A stretch of 64,000 nt of DNA from contig JBARIA010000028.1 of assembly GCA_049799515.1 (NCBI GenBank), positions 783-64,782 on the forward strand. The letters run 5' to 3'. This document shows, piece after piece, positions 26,695-36,138 of this stretch (positions are counted from its first letter, which is position 1; the number at the start of each line of letters is the position of its first letter). This DNA is from Candidatus Dormiibacterota bacterium. Lineage in GTDB: Bacteria; Chloroflexota; Dormibacteria; Aeolococcales; Bog-877. The translations under genes and the position numbers were made by a program. The notes below the pieces were generated by a model. It ran no database searches. It saw nothing but the letters and a program-made list of their open reading frames with translations, and was not told where the DNA came from.

Positions 26695-27894
26695 ATGCCC
26701 GAGATCACTCTTTACGGGGCTCCCTGGTGCCCTGACTGCAAGCGGAGCAAGCTGTTCCTGGCCCAGCACCGGGTCGCCTTCAACTGGGTCGACATTGACC
26801 AGGACCAGGACGGGCTGCGCTACGTGGAGCGGCTGCAGCAGGGGGGGCGCACCATTCCCACGATCGTATTTGGGGAAGGGGACTTCCTGTTGGAGCCGAC
26901 CGACGAGGCGCTGGCCAAAAAGCTCGACCTCTCCTTGCAGGCCGACCGCGACTTTTATGACGTAGCCATCGTCGGGGGCGGCCCCGCCGGGCTGGCCGCC
27001 GCCATCTATGCGGCCCGGGAGGGGATGGATGCGATCGTGATCGACCGGAGCGCCCTGGGCGGACAATCCGGGGTCACCGAGCGGATCGACAACTACCCGG
27101 GCTTCCCTGAGGGCATCGGCGGTGCCGAATTAGCGGATCGGTTCATCGCCCAGGCTCGCCGTTATCTGGTCGAGTTGCTCCCTGCGGTGTCGGTGGCCGA
27201 GATCGGCAGGGATGGGGAGGATGTGGTGGTTCGGTTGGGGACCGGGCAGGAGGTCGCCGCCCACGCGGCGATACTGGCCACCGGCTCCTCCTACCGCCGA
27301 CTGGGGGTCCCCGGTGAGGATGAGCTGATCGGGGCCGGGGTCCACTTCTGCGCCACCTGCGACGGGCCCTTCTACAAAGGTGCGGAAGAACTGATGGTGA
27401 TCGGCGGGGGTAACTCAGCCCTGGAGGAGGGGCTGTTCCTGACCCAATTCGCCAAGAGGATCCGGATCCTGCAGCGGGGGCCGGAGCTCACGGCTTCCCG
27501 ACTGCTGCAGGACAAGGTGTTCAATCACCCCCAATTCACCGTCCACCCCAACGTCGAGGTGATGGAGCTGCAGGGTCAAGGTCGGCTGGAGGGAGTGGTG
27601 GGCAGGGATGTGGGGACGGGGGAGGAGTTCCGCTGGAATCCGGCGGCCGCCTTCATCTTCATCGGACTCGATCCCAACACCGAATTCGTCAAGGATAGGG
27701 TGGCCCTCGATGACCGCGGCTTCATCCAGGCCGACGCCATGTTCCGCACCTCGCTCGACGGGGTGTTCGCGGCCGGAGATGTCCGCGAAGGATCCACCAA
27801 GCAGCTGGGCTCAGCAGTGGGGGACGGGATCGCGGCGCTCCTGGCGGTGCGCCGGTACCTCCAAGAGCATCATCACCTAGCCGAGATCGTCTAA
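26695..27894 (+). CDS. glutaredoxin-like domain fused to thioredoxin-reductase-like flavoprotein
   Basis: The N-terminal 80 aa carry WCPDC. Then YDVAIVGGGPAGLAAAIYAARE, redox-active CATC, and an NAD(P)H fold. Confidence 0.85.
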   Translation: MPEITLYGAPWCPDCKRSKLFLAQHRVAFNWVDIDQDQDGLRYVERLQQGGRTIPTIVFGEGDFLLEPTDEALAKKLDLSLQADRDFYDVAIVGGGPAGLAAAIYAAREGMDAIVIDRSALGGQSGVTERIDNYPGFPEGIGGAELADRFIAQARRYLVELLPAVSVAEIGRDGEDVVVRLGTGQEVAAHAAILATGSSYRRLGVPGEDELIGAGVHFCATCDGPFYKGAEELMVIGGGNSALEEGLFLTQFAKRIRILQRGPELTASRLLQDKVFNHPQFTVHPNVEVMELQGQGRLEGVVGRDVGTGEEFRWNPAAAFIFIGLDPNTEFVKDRVALDDRGFIQADAMFRTSLDGVFAAGDVREGSTKQLGSAVGDGIAALLAVRRYLQEHHHLAEIV

Positions 27895-27987
27895 GCCGAC
27901 CTTCGGGCACAGCAACTGACCGCGGTACTCCAGGCTCGGGGACTTGGACGATCAGCTCAGCGAAATCCGCAGCTGACAGCTCAACGC

Positions 27988-28004
27988 GCTGACCCAAGGT
28001 CAGC
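27988..28004. terminator. short perfect hairpin between convergent genes (weak terminator candidate)
   Basis: GCTGACC-caa-GGTCAGC, a 7-bp stem with no U-tract. Confidence 0.25.
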
Positions 28005-28023
28005 CTACCGCCAAACCCGCCGC

Positions 28024-28212
28024 CTACAGACTCTGGCGCTTGCGCTGGTGGTCGCGATGGAACCGTAGGAGTGCCAAGACGACCCAGATGATCAGAGCCA
28101 GCAGAACCAAGTGGAGTACCAGCCCGACCACGAACGGCAAGACGAAGAAGACCACGAAGAGGGCCAGCAGGACCACGAAGACTGCCATCAAGGGGTGACG
28201 TAGCAAGTGCAT
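28024..28212 (-). CDS. small hydrophobic membrane protein (two TM segments)
   Basis: 62 aa, almost entirely Leu/Val/Phe, with a basic C-terminal tail RFHRDHQRKRQSL. Lower GC than its surroundings. Confidence 0.5.
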   Translation of the reverse strand: MHLLRHPLMAVFVVLLALFVVFFVLPFVVGLVLHLVLLALIIWVVLALLRFHRDHQRKRQSL

Positions 28213-28347
28213 GACGGCCCCAACCTTACGCGAATCCGCGGAGGATTGTCAGCCTGCGCTCGCTCCAGATCCCCCGCGACGCCCGATTTCGACCCTTATC
28301 GCTGGCTGAGCCCACCGGTCTTCAGAGGCAGATTTAGCCCGCCAACT

Positions 28348-29631
28348 TCAGCCCAACGACTGGTCGGGGAGGTCGAGGCCCGGCACCTCCATCAACGACG
28401 CCGCCTGGTCCGACCTCCGCCGTCCTCGGCGAATGGCCATGAACCCCAGCCCGGCCGCCACCACGCAGCTGGCGCTGCCAGTCGCCAGACCAATCCGCGG
28501 TCCGGCGGCGCTGGTGATCCAGCCGATCAGGGGCCCCCCGATAGGAGTCGTGCCCTGGAAGGCGATTGCCCACAGCGCCATCACCCGCCCCCGCATCTGG
28601 GGTTCGGCGGAGAGCTGGAGAGTGGTGTTTCCCCGGGCGATGAACGAGATGCTGGCCCAACCAACCATGGCCAGAGCGATGTATTCCAGCGTCAAGGAGG
28701 GCGCCGCGGCGGCCAGCAGCAGCACCACCGCGAAGACGGCGGCTGCGATCGACACGGTCCGCAAGCCGGTGCGGCCGCGGGCCGCAGTGACCAACCCGCC
28801 CCCGATGGCCCCGATCCCCATGGAGGCAGTCATGAACCCGTAGGCCCTCGGGCCACCATGAAACGTGTGGCTGGCGACGACGGGCAGCACCACCTGGAAC
28901 TCGTATGCCAGGGTTCCGACCACCGCCATCATCAATAGGGGTATGGCCAGGTTGGGGACCCCTGCCACGTAGCGGAGGCCTGCGCGCAGCTGCCCCCGGG
29001 CGCGCGCGGTGGGCAGGCTGGGGCGGAGCTGGGAGAGGTCCATGGTGACCAGGGAGGCCACCACGGCCACGAAGCTTCCCGCGTTGATGATGAAGCACCA
29101 ACCGATCCCGACCGATGCGATCAGCAGTCCGGCCGCCGCTGGTCCGACCGCACGGGCCACGTTCACCAAAACCGAGTTGAGGCTGACCGCGTTGCGCAGA
29201 TCCTTGCTGCCGACCATCTCCATCATGAAGGCTTGGCGGCTGGGGTTCTCGAAGGTGTTGTTCAGTCCCAGCAGGGCTGCCAGGATGAAGATCTCCCAGA
29301 TCTGAATCAATCCGGTGAGGGTGAGGATGCCAAGGACCAGGGCCTGGATCCCCATCATTGATTGCAGAATCACCATCAGCCGTCGCTTGTCCACCCGGTC
29401 GGCGATCACTCCGCCGTAGGCCCCGAGCACCAGAACTGGCAGGGTCTGGGTGGCGACCACCAATCCCAGCACCACGGCGGAGTGGGTGATGGTCAGCACC
29501 AGCCACGACTGGGCCGTGGTCTGCATCCAAGTGCCGATCATCGAGACCGACTGACCCGACGCGTAGCGCCGGTAGTTGGGGATCGAGAGGGCCGCGAAGG
29601 TTACCCGCGTCGCCCGTAGGACTGAGCTCAA
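28348..29631 (-). CDS. MFS transporter
   Basis: About 12 TM segments and the MFS loop motif GVIADRVDKRRLM. Confidence 0.9.
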   Translation of the reverse strand: MSSVLRATRVTFAALSIPNYRRYASGQSVSMIGTWMQTTAQSWLVLTITHSAVVLGLVVATQTLPVLVLGAYGGVIADRVDKRRLMVILQSMMGIQALVLGILTLTGLIQIWEIFILAALLGLNNTFENPSRQAFMMEMVGSKDLRNAVSLNSVLVNVARAVGPAAAGLLIASVGIGWCFIINAGSFVAVVASLVTMDLSQLRPSLPTARARGQLRAGLRYVAGVPNLAIPLLMMAVVGTLAYEFQVVLPVVASHTFHGGPRAYGFMTASMGIGAIGGGLVTAARGRTGLRTVSIAAAVFAVVLLLAAAAPSLTLEYIALAMVGWASISFIARGNTTLQLSAEPQMRGRVMALWAIAFQGTTPIGGPLIGWITSAAGPRIGLATGSASCVVAAGLGFMAIRRGRRRSDQAASLMEVPGLDLPDQSLG

Positions 29632-29635
29632 CGGC

Positions 29636-30091
29636 TCACGGATCGGGGACCAGCAGAGAGTCGGACAGGGCCTCCAGTGCGGGGATCGCCTGCGTCAGGA
29701 GCTGGCGCTGGGCCGCGGGTAGCTCCTGAAAGCGCTTACTCAAGACATCATTTCTCTCGGCCTGGATTCGTCGCTGGAGCCGGCGGCCCCTCTCCGTGGC
29801 CAGGAGCAGAGCGGCCCGACCGTCGAGCGGATCTGCCTTGCGGGTGACCAGGTCGGCTCCGGTCAGCTTGGCCACCATCCGGGAGAGCATGGTCGGGTTG
29901 ATTCCCTCTCGTTGGGAGAGCTGGGCGAGGCCTAAGGGCCCGTGGTGGACCACGGAGGCCAGGACCGAGAGCTGGGTGGGGGTCAGGCCGGCGCCAGCCT
30001 GGGTCTGACGGAGGCGGCGAGAGAGCCTGCCGATCAGAATCCGGAGAAGGGCGCCCGGCTGGCTCTCGGGTGGTTCAGTCGGGGTTGGCAT
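29636..30091 (-). CDS. MarR family transcriptional regulator
   Basis: Winged-helix region LTPTQLSVLASVVHHGPLGLAQLSQREGINPTMLSRMVAKLTGADLVTRKADPLDGR. Lies upstream of the MFS gene. Confidence 0.9.
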   Translation of the reverse strand: MPTPTEPPESQPGALLRILIGRLSRRLRQTQAGAGLTPTQLSVLASVVHHGPLGLAQLSQREGINPTMLSRMVAKLTGADLVTRKADPLDGRAALLLATERGRRLQRRIQAERNDVLSKRFQELPAAQRQLLTQAIPALEALSDSLLVPDP

Positions 30092-30106
30092 TGATCTTCC
30101 AATAGT

Positions 30107-30122
30107 TGCTTGCTGGCAAGCA
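30107..30122. promoter_or_regulatory. candidate MarR operator palindrome
   Basis: TGCTTGC-TG-GCAAGCA perfect inverted repeat 16 nt upstream of the marR ATG, in an AT-rich stretch. Confidence 0.4.
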
Positions 30123-30298
30123 TTATATCTCGCTCAGCCAGCGGGCTCCATCGAGCGCCGGACACTGTGGTCGGCGCCGCCCAGACGAGACCCCGAAACG
30201 ATGGTGGCCGGGCGGCTGCCCAACGCCAGTCTTGACTGGATCGCTTTTCGTGGATGTGTGACATTCTGTTAGCTGGCGCGTTGTCCTAATCACCAAAG

Positions 30299-31099
30299 AT
30301 GAGCTTCCAGCCGACCCGTGATGAAGGCGTGGAGACGGGACCCTCTCAAGTCGCCGCCTCGGTCCGCCTCGGACCTGGAGGGGGCACCCATGCGCCATTT
30401 GACCTCCCTCCCGAGCAGGCCATGGCCTTGGCCGAGATCTCTACCGATGGCATCCTGGACACTCAGTTCGCGCACCGCCTGGGGATGTCCTCAGCCGAGG
30501 CGGCCAGGATCAAGGGGACCCTGATGCGCCGACGGCTGGTGCACCGAACCCCACCTGGGCGGGCGAGAACCAGCTCCCGATTGGCCTTGACCGAGCGCGG
30601 GGAGCAGGGCCTCCGATGGCTGGAGCAGCTTCAGACCTCCCTTCCGACCACCCTTTTCGACCGAGTCGAGCCGCTGGTCGGTCCGTTCAAGTTGGTCGAT
30701 GGGGTTTCTCCGCCGGAGGAGACGGCAGCTGCCAAGACCAGTTTCTTCGCGAGACTGCACAAGCTCCACTCGGAGACCCGCCCGCGGGAACCATCGGCCG
30801 ACTTCGGGACGTCACCGGCGGAGATATTCCCGCGGGTGTTTTTCAACGTGACCCTCGGAACTGGATTGTTCGGCACCGCGGTGCTGGTCGGAATCCTTCA
30901 GCAGACGGAAAGAGCGGCGCTGGTAGCCCTGGGGGTGGGTTGCCTGCTGGCGCTGATCTTCTTTTTGCGCGCGGGCGCCGTCTTGTTCCGCCATGCCCGA
31001 GCTCGGGCGTGGTTCGCCCGCAGGTTGCGGCGCTTGAGAGGGGAGCACCGGCCGACTTGGCCGCGACACCGCCCGCCCTCTGGGCGGGCGGTGGACTGA
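30299..31099 (+). CDS. hypothetical protein: N-terminal winged-helix-like region plus two C-terminal TM segments
   Basis: MarR-like segment (MSSAEAARIKGTLMRRRLVHR...LALTERGEQGLRWL), then the hydrophobic segments LGTGLFGTAVLVGIL and LVALGVGCLLALIFFL. Confidence 0.55.
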   Translation: MSFQPTRDEGVETGPSQVAASVRLGPGGGTHAPFDLPPEQAMALAEISTDGILDTQFAHRLGMSSAEAARIKGTLMRRRLVHRTPPGRARTSSRLALTERGEQGLRWLEQLQTSLPTTLFDRVEPLVGPFKLVDGVSPPEETAAAKTSFFARLHKLHSETRPREPSADFGTSPAEIFPRVFFNVTLGTGLFGTAVLVGILQQTERAALVALGVGCLLALIFFLRAGAVLFRHARARAWFARRLRRLRGEHRPTWPRHRPPSGRAVD

Positions 31100-31189
31100 A
31101 CTTCGGGGATCCAGTTCGGGCCTAACCACGGCGGAGCCGCCACGCTGAAAGTCGACAGGGTGAGTGGAATTTGGCATGATAGCCAGAGC

Positions 31190-31729
31190 ATGAGTCGGGT
31201 CAGTCAGGTTTTCAGCTTTCCGAACCCGGTGAACGAGGTGGCGGCTCGGACGGTGGCCGGGTGCGTCGCCTTGATCGGCCTGGTGGCGATTTCCGCCCAC
31301 CTGCCTTGGCTGAGCGCGGTTCTGGCGGCTGGCTTCCTGGCCCGGGTAGCCAGCGGACCAACACTTAGCCCACTCGGGCAGGTGGCCACCCGGGTGATCG
31401 CTCCGCGACTCGCTCATCCCAAGCTGGTGGCAGGGCCACCGAAGCGCTTCGCCCAGGGGATCGGAGCCGTCCTGACCGTCGCCGCCACCATCACCTACTT
31501 CGGGCTGGGGCTGACCACGGTTACCTACCTGTTGCTGGCCGCTCTGGTGTTGGCTGCGACTCTGGAGTCCGTGTTCGCGCTCTGTCTCGGCTGCCAGATA
31601 TTCGCGGTGCTGATGCGGCTGGGGGTGATCCCCTCTGACGTCTGTGTCGCCTGCGCCGACATCTGGAGCCCCGCCGCCAGGGCGTTGCGGGCGGAGTCGG
31701 CCGCCGTCCCCGAACCGGTCAGTCAGTAG
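31190..31729 (+). CDS. DUF4395-like membrane protein
   Basis: FPNPVNEVAAR N-terminal motif, four TM segments, and a C-terminal CxxC (CVAC). Start set at ATG 31190. Confidence 0.7.
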   Translation: MSRVSQVFSFPNPVNEVAARTVAGCVALIGLVAISAHLPWLSAVLAAGFLARVASGPTLSPLGQVATRVIAPRLAHPKLVAGPPKRFAQGIGAVLTVAATITYFGLGLTTVTYLLLAALVLAATLESVFALCLGCQIFAVLMRLGVIPSDVCVACADIWSPAARALRAESAAVPEPVSQ

Positions 31730-31906
31730 CTCCCGACACCGACGTCGTCGAGCGCTTCGGTCTGGAGCCGCACCTCTGCCGCTAGGTCGCGCGGGGATGT
31801 CGACCGACTGGGCCATGGCTGGTACGGTGGCCGGGGGATCTCTCGATCCGCTAGCGAGCACCAGTAGCCTTGCGCGGGACCAGCTGCGCTCAGTAGCGTC
31901 CTCGAG

Positions 31907-32542
31907 GTGCGCCTTCTCCCCATCTTCGACATTCGCATCCGGACTGAGAGACTGGAGTTGCGGCTGCCTGACCTGGAACTGCTGGAGGAGCTGGCTACAC
32001 TCGCCGCAAAAGGGATTCACCCACCAGAGGCCATGCCCTTCGGAGCGCCGTGGACGGACCTGCCCTCGCCCGAGCTGGAGCGAAGCACCATCCGCTGGAA
32101 CCTGCTCCAGATGGGCGGCTGGCGGCCCGAGGCCTGGAGTTTCAACCCGGTGGTGCTGATGGCGGGCAAGGTGGTCGGCACGCAGGGGATCTCGGCCGAC
32201 CGCTTCGCCGTCACCCGCACGGTCAAGACGGGGTCTTGGTTGGGGCGCGACCATCAGGGCCACGGGCTAGGTCGAGAGATGAGGGCGGCGATCCTCCACT
32301 TCGGCTTCGTGTGTCTGGGAGCGAAGACTGCCGAGAGCACCGCCTTTCGGGACAACCTGGCATCGCTGGCCGTTTCCCGCTCTCTCGGCTACCTGGGGAA
32401 TGGCGAATTTGTGGTCGAGCGACGGGGCCTGCCGGCGGTGGAGGTTGGCCTCCGGCTCACCCGGGAGCGGTGGGAGCTGACCGAGCGGCCAGCGGTGCAG
32501 GTCCAAGGGGTTGAGAGTTGTCTCGACTTCTTTGGGCTCTAG
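31907..32542 (+). CDS. GNAT family N-acetyltransferase (RimJ/RimL-like)
   Basis: IRTERLELRLPDLELLEEL N-terminus and a HQGHGLGREM acetyl-CoA site. Confidence 0.85.
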   Translation: MRLLPIFDIRIRTERLELRLPDLELLEELATLAAKGIHPPEAMPFGAPWTDLPSPELERSTIRWNLLQMGGWRPEAWSFNPVVLMAGKVVGTQGISADRFAVTRTVKTGSWLGRDHQGHGLGREMRAAILHFGFVCLGAKTAESTAFRDNLASLAVSRSLGYLGNGEFVVERRGLPAVEVGLRLTRERWELTERPAVQVQGVESCLDFFGL

Positions 32543-32546
32543 TCAG

Positions 32547-33512
32547 ATGACGGGCGGCCACCGGGGCGGTGGCGCCAAGCTGCTGTTGCTCAGTGGGGAG
32601 CAGGTCGCGTCGGTCCTCTGCGGCCCGGAACTGCTGGAACCGATCTCCCGCGCTCTGGTCAGCTACAGCGCCGGGGCGGCTGCCTCGCCTCCCCGCGCCG
32701 GAGCCCAGACGCCTCGAGGGTGGCTGGGGGCGATGCCGGCCTATCTTCCCGAACTCACCCTGTCGGCCAAGCTGGTCACGGTGTTTCCAGGCAACACCGT
32801 GACCGGGAGACCCTCCCACCAGGGGATCGTCGCCCTCTTCGACGCGGAGGACGGGCGGCCACTTTGCGTGATGGACGCCCGCCACATCACCGCGCTGAGG
32901 ACCGCGGCGGTATCAGCCCTCTCGGTCAGAGAGCTGGCTCGCCCGGGAGCCCGGGTGCTGGCCGTGCTCGGTTCAGGGGAGCAGGCCAGATCGCACCTGA
33001 AGCTGGTACCCACCGTGCGTCAGTTCTCCGAAGTGCGGCTTTCGGCACGAAGTCGGGAACGTGGCCAAGCGCTGGCCGCGGAGTTCTCCGACTGCCAATT
33101 TCTCTCATCGTTCGAGGAGGCGGTGAGGGGGGCGGACGTGGTGATCTGCTGCACCGACTCACCTGAGCCGGTGGTGCGGCTCTCCTGGCTCAGCCGGGGG
33201 GCGCACCTAGTCTCCGTCGGGATGGGGCCTGAGGTGGACGAGTACACCCTGCGGGAAGCCCGCCTCTTCGTTGAGTGGCGGGGCGCGGTGAGCACCCCAC
33301 CTCCGGCGGGAGCCACCGAACTGCAGGGGCTCAACCCCGAGGCGGTCACTGAACTCGGTGAGGTTCTGGCTGGGAGTCAACCGGGGAGGTTGTCTGCCGA
33401 GGAGGTCACCGTTTTCAAGTCAACCGGACTGGGAGTGGAGGACGCCGCGGTAGCCAGGGCGGTCTACGATGCCGCACTGAATGGGAAACTGGGTGCGGCG
33501 GTGGAGTGGTGA
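32547..33512 (+). CDS. ornithine cyclodeaminase / mu-crystallin family protein
   Basis: ITALRTAAVSALS and VLGSGEQARSHL motifs. ATG at 32547 follows the GNAT stop. Confidence 0.85.
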   Translation: MTGGHRGGGAKLLLLSGEQVASVLCGPELLEPISRALVSYSAGAAASPPRAGAQTPRGWLGAMPAYLPELTLSAKLVTVFPGNTVTGRPSHQGIVALFDAEDGRPLCVMDARHITALRTAAVSALSVRELARPGARVLAVLGSGEQARSHLKLVPTVRQFSEVRLSARSRERGQALAAEFSDCQFLSSFEEAVRGADVVICCTDSPEPVVRLSWLSRGAHLVSVGMGPEVDEYTLREARLFVEWRGAVSTPPPAGATELQGLNPEAVTELGEVLAGSQPGRLSAEEVTVFKSTGLGVEDAAVARAVYDAALNGKLGAAVEW

Positions 33513-33547
33513 GCTCGCTCGAGGAAGGCCAGCTGCTGCGGCCCGGC

Positions 33548-36106
33548 TCATTCGGGCTTGGAGTCCTCCTCGTCCTGGAGTCGTGCCCGCAGGAACCTTT
33601 CGGTGTCCTCCAAGAGGTCGGAGAAAATCCGTCGAAGGACAGGGTCAAGGTCTTGGCGGGCTAAGTTCTTTCGGCAAACGCGGGTGAGCTGAACGCTCGG
33701 GGAGAGGGAGGGTGGCAGCCAGCTACCCAGCTGAACGGTGAACTCGGCTCCCCGGTTGGCGAGCAACTGGTCGAAAAATTTAGGTAGCCCGGGCAGGTAC
33801 GGCGTAAGCAGCTCCTCCTGCCTGAGACCTCCCAGCCGGGCGCTAATCAGGCGGGCCTCCTCGAGGGAGACATCCGGATCGGCGATCCGCGCCCAGGCCT
33901 CCTTCTTGGCGGCGGCCGTGGGTCGGCTGGCCCGAACTGCCGCTGCGCGCACCAGTCCTGTGGAGCTGGGATCGGCCGCCATGGCCGCGTCGATCTCCGG
34001 CTGGTCAGCAGCCCCGCGGGCGGCCAGGGAACCCACCAATGACCAGCGCAGCTCGGCGTCCAATGAGACCCCGTTCGGGAGGTCGCGGTCGTCAAGGAAC
34101 GCCCGACAGCGGTCCACCTGCTCGGCGGTGGTGGCCAGTCCGATGAAGGCCCGAAGCCATACCGCCTGCTGGTCACCGTGGGGCTCGGACCGAGTCATCG
34201 CCTCCCAGGCCGCCTGGGCCATCTGCTCCTCTAGGTTCCGCCCCCGGCGGGGCGCGCCGTAGCGCCTGGTGGCCGCCCGAAAGTTGCCCAGTACCACAGC
34301 CACCAAGGTGGTGTCGGACTCGGCGGCTAGGTGGGCCGTGACCATCTGGGCGTAGCGGTGGGCGGGCAGCTCCAGGTCTCGGACGGTGTCCCAGTTGCGA
34401 TCCCATAGGAGCGCTCGGGCCAGTGAGTCACTGATCGAGCTGAGATGGCGCTCAGCGGTCGCGAGAGAGAGTGGGTCCAGTCGAATCTTGGCGTAACTGA
34501 GGTCGCCGTCGTTGGGCAATAGCAGTGCCGGCCGCCGGGTACCCACCAGCTCGTCCGCCTCGGTCCGCGGTCCCTCCACGTCCAGTTCGACGACTCCAAC
34601 CCGTTCCAGCTGGTCACCGACCCAGTCGAAGCGACCCAGCCGGATTCGGTGGGGCCGCAGGGTCGGTTGGCTTGCGCTCGCGGTCTGAAGCACTGCTGCC
34701 TGCGAGATCACCCCGCCCGCCTCCGACCCCGAACTCTCGATCTCACAGCGCAGGAGGTTGATCCCCGGCGTCTCCAGCCAGGCCCGGGCCCAACCTTGGA
34801 CATCGCGTCCTGAGGACGTGTGGAGTGCCTCCACCAGATTCCCGAACTCCGCGTTCGCCTCACGGTGATCGGTGAGGTGGGAGTGAAGCGCGTCGAAGAA
34901 GTTCTCCTCTCCCACATACGCCACTAGCTGGCGCAGGGTGGCCGCCCCCTTCTCGTAAGTGATCTGGTCGAAATTGGCGCGCACCGACTCCACATCGGGG
35001 ACCGCGGTCACCACCGGGTGAGAGGTCTGAAGTTGGTCCTGCTCACTGGCCAGCTGTTTGTTCACGGTGGCGAAGGCCACCCAGGCATCGTCAAACTCGG
35101 TCGCCCGATCGACGGCGAAGACCGACATCAGGGTGGCGAAGCTCTCGTTGAGCCAGAGATCGTCCCACCAGCGCATGGTCACCAGGTTCCCGAACCACAT
35201 GTGGGCCATCTCATGCATGATCAAGTCGGCCCGGATCGAGCGCTGCCGGGTAGTCACCTGACCCCGCCAGAGGATGTCGTCGGCGATGGTCACACAGCCG
35301 GGTGACTCCATCGCCCCGTTCACCTTCTCCGGGCAGAAGACCTGATCGTACTTGGCGAAGGGATAGGGGATGCGAAAGACCTTCTCGTAGTAGTCCAGAC
35401 CCTGCGAGGTGATCCGGAACAGCTCCTCGGCGTCCAGGTAGGGCGCTAGCGACCTGGCGCAGTAGAGGCCGAGCGGAGTCGAACCGCGTTTGCCCTCGAC
35501 CCGGTGAAAGGGGCCCGCAGCCAGCCCGATCACATAGGGCGACAGCGGCATGGTGGGAGGAAAGCTCCACCACCGGCAGCGATCAAGTGGATCGAGCTCC
35601 TCCGGCTGGCCCGGGTCGGTGGAGACCACCACCCAGTCCTCGGGCACCCGGACCCGGAAGCGGAACGAACCCTTGAGGTCGGGCTGGTCGAAGCAGGGGA
35701 AGCTCCGGTGGGCTTCGTAGGGCTCGAAGTCGCTGTATATGTAGACACAGCCGTCAACCGGGTCGATGCTTCGATGAAGGCCCAACCCAGTCTGGTCAAA
35801 GAGTGCCTCACCTCGGACCATAGCGGCGTTGCGCTTCTCGAGCGGGGGAAGGGCTATTCGGTGCCCGTCGTACGCGGATTCGGGCAGGACGTTGCCGTTC
35901 CAAGCCATCTGGGTGACCCGGGCCACCTCCGTTTCCAGGAATGTGAGCGCTCCTGGCTGCTGGGCTGAGAATTCGAGCCGGGCCTCGAATCCGAAGTGGT
36001 CCTCGCCCCTGGTCAGATCCAACTCGATGAAGTAGGCGATCGTCCCAATCAGCTGGGCCCGCTCCCAGGCCTCGGACTGGGTCAGGGAGGTGGGCCGGCT
36101 GGGCAT
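33548..36106 (-). CDS. pepN: aminopeptidase N (M1 family)
   Basis: GAMES-type site (NGAMESPG) and HEMAHMWFGNLVTMRWWDDLWLNESFA zinc motif; 852 aa. Confidence 0.95.
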   Translation of the reverse strand: MPSRPTSLTQSEAWERAQLIGTIAYFIELDLTRGEDHFGFEARLEFSAQQPGALTFLETEVARVTQMAWNGNVLPESAYDGHRIALPPLEKRNAAMVRGEALFDQTGLGLHRSIDPVDGCVYIYSDFEPYEAHRSFPCFDQPDLKGSFRFRVRVPEDWVVVSTDPGQPEELDPLDRCRWWSFPPTMPLSPYVIGLAAGPFHRVEGKRGSTPLGLYCARSLAPYLDAEELFRITSQGLDYYEKVFRIPYPFAKYDQVFCPEKVNGAMESPGCVTIADDILWRGQVTTRQRSIRADLIMHEMAHMWFGNLVTMRWWDDLWLNESFATLMSVFAVDRATEFDDAWVAFATVNKQLASEQDQLQTSHPVVTAVPDVESVRANFDQITYEKGAATLRQLVAYVGEENFFDALHSHLTDHREANAEFGNLVEALHTSSGRDVQGWARAWLETPGINLLRCEIESSGSEAGGVISQAAVLQTASASQPTLRPHRIRLGRFDWVGDQLERVGVVELDVEGPRTEADELVGTRRPALLLPNDGDLSYAKIRLDPLSLATAERHLSSISDSLARALLWDRNWDTVRDLELPAHRYAQMVTAHLAAESDTTLVAVVLGNFRAATRRYGAPRRGRNLEEQMAQAAWEAMTRSEPHGDQQAVWLRAFIGLATTAEQVDRCRAFLDDRDLPNGVSLDAELRWSLVGSLAARGAADQPEIDAAMAADPSSTGLVRAAAVRASRPTAAAKKEAWARIADPDVSLEEARLISARLGGLRQEELLTPYLPGLPKFFDQLLANRGAEFTVQLGSWLPPSLSPSVQLTRVCRKNLARQDLDPVLRRIFSDLLEDTERFLRARLQDEEDSKPE

Positions 36107-36138
36107 CCGGCGAAGTTTAGCGGGGTCGATCCTCCGGC

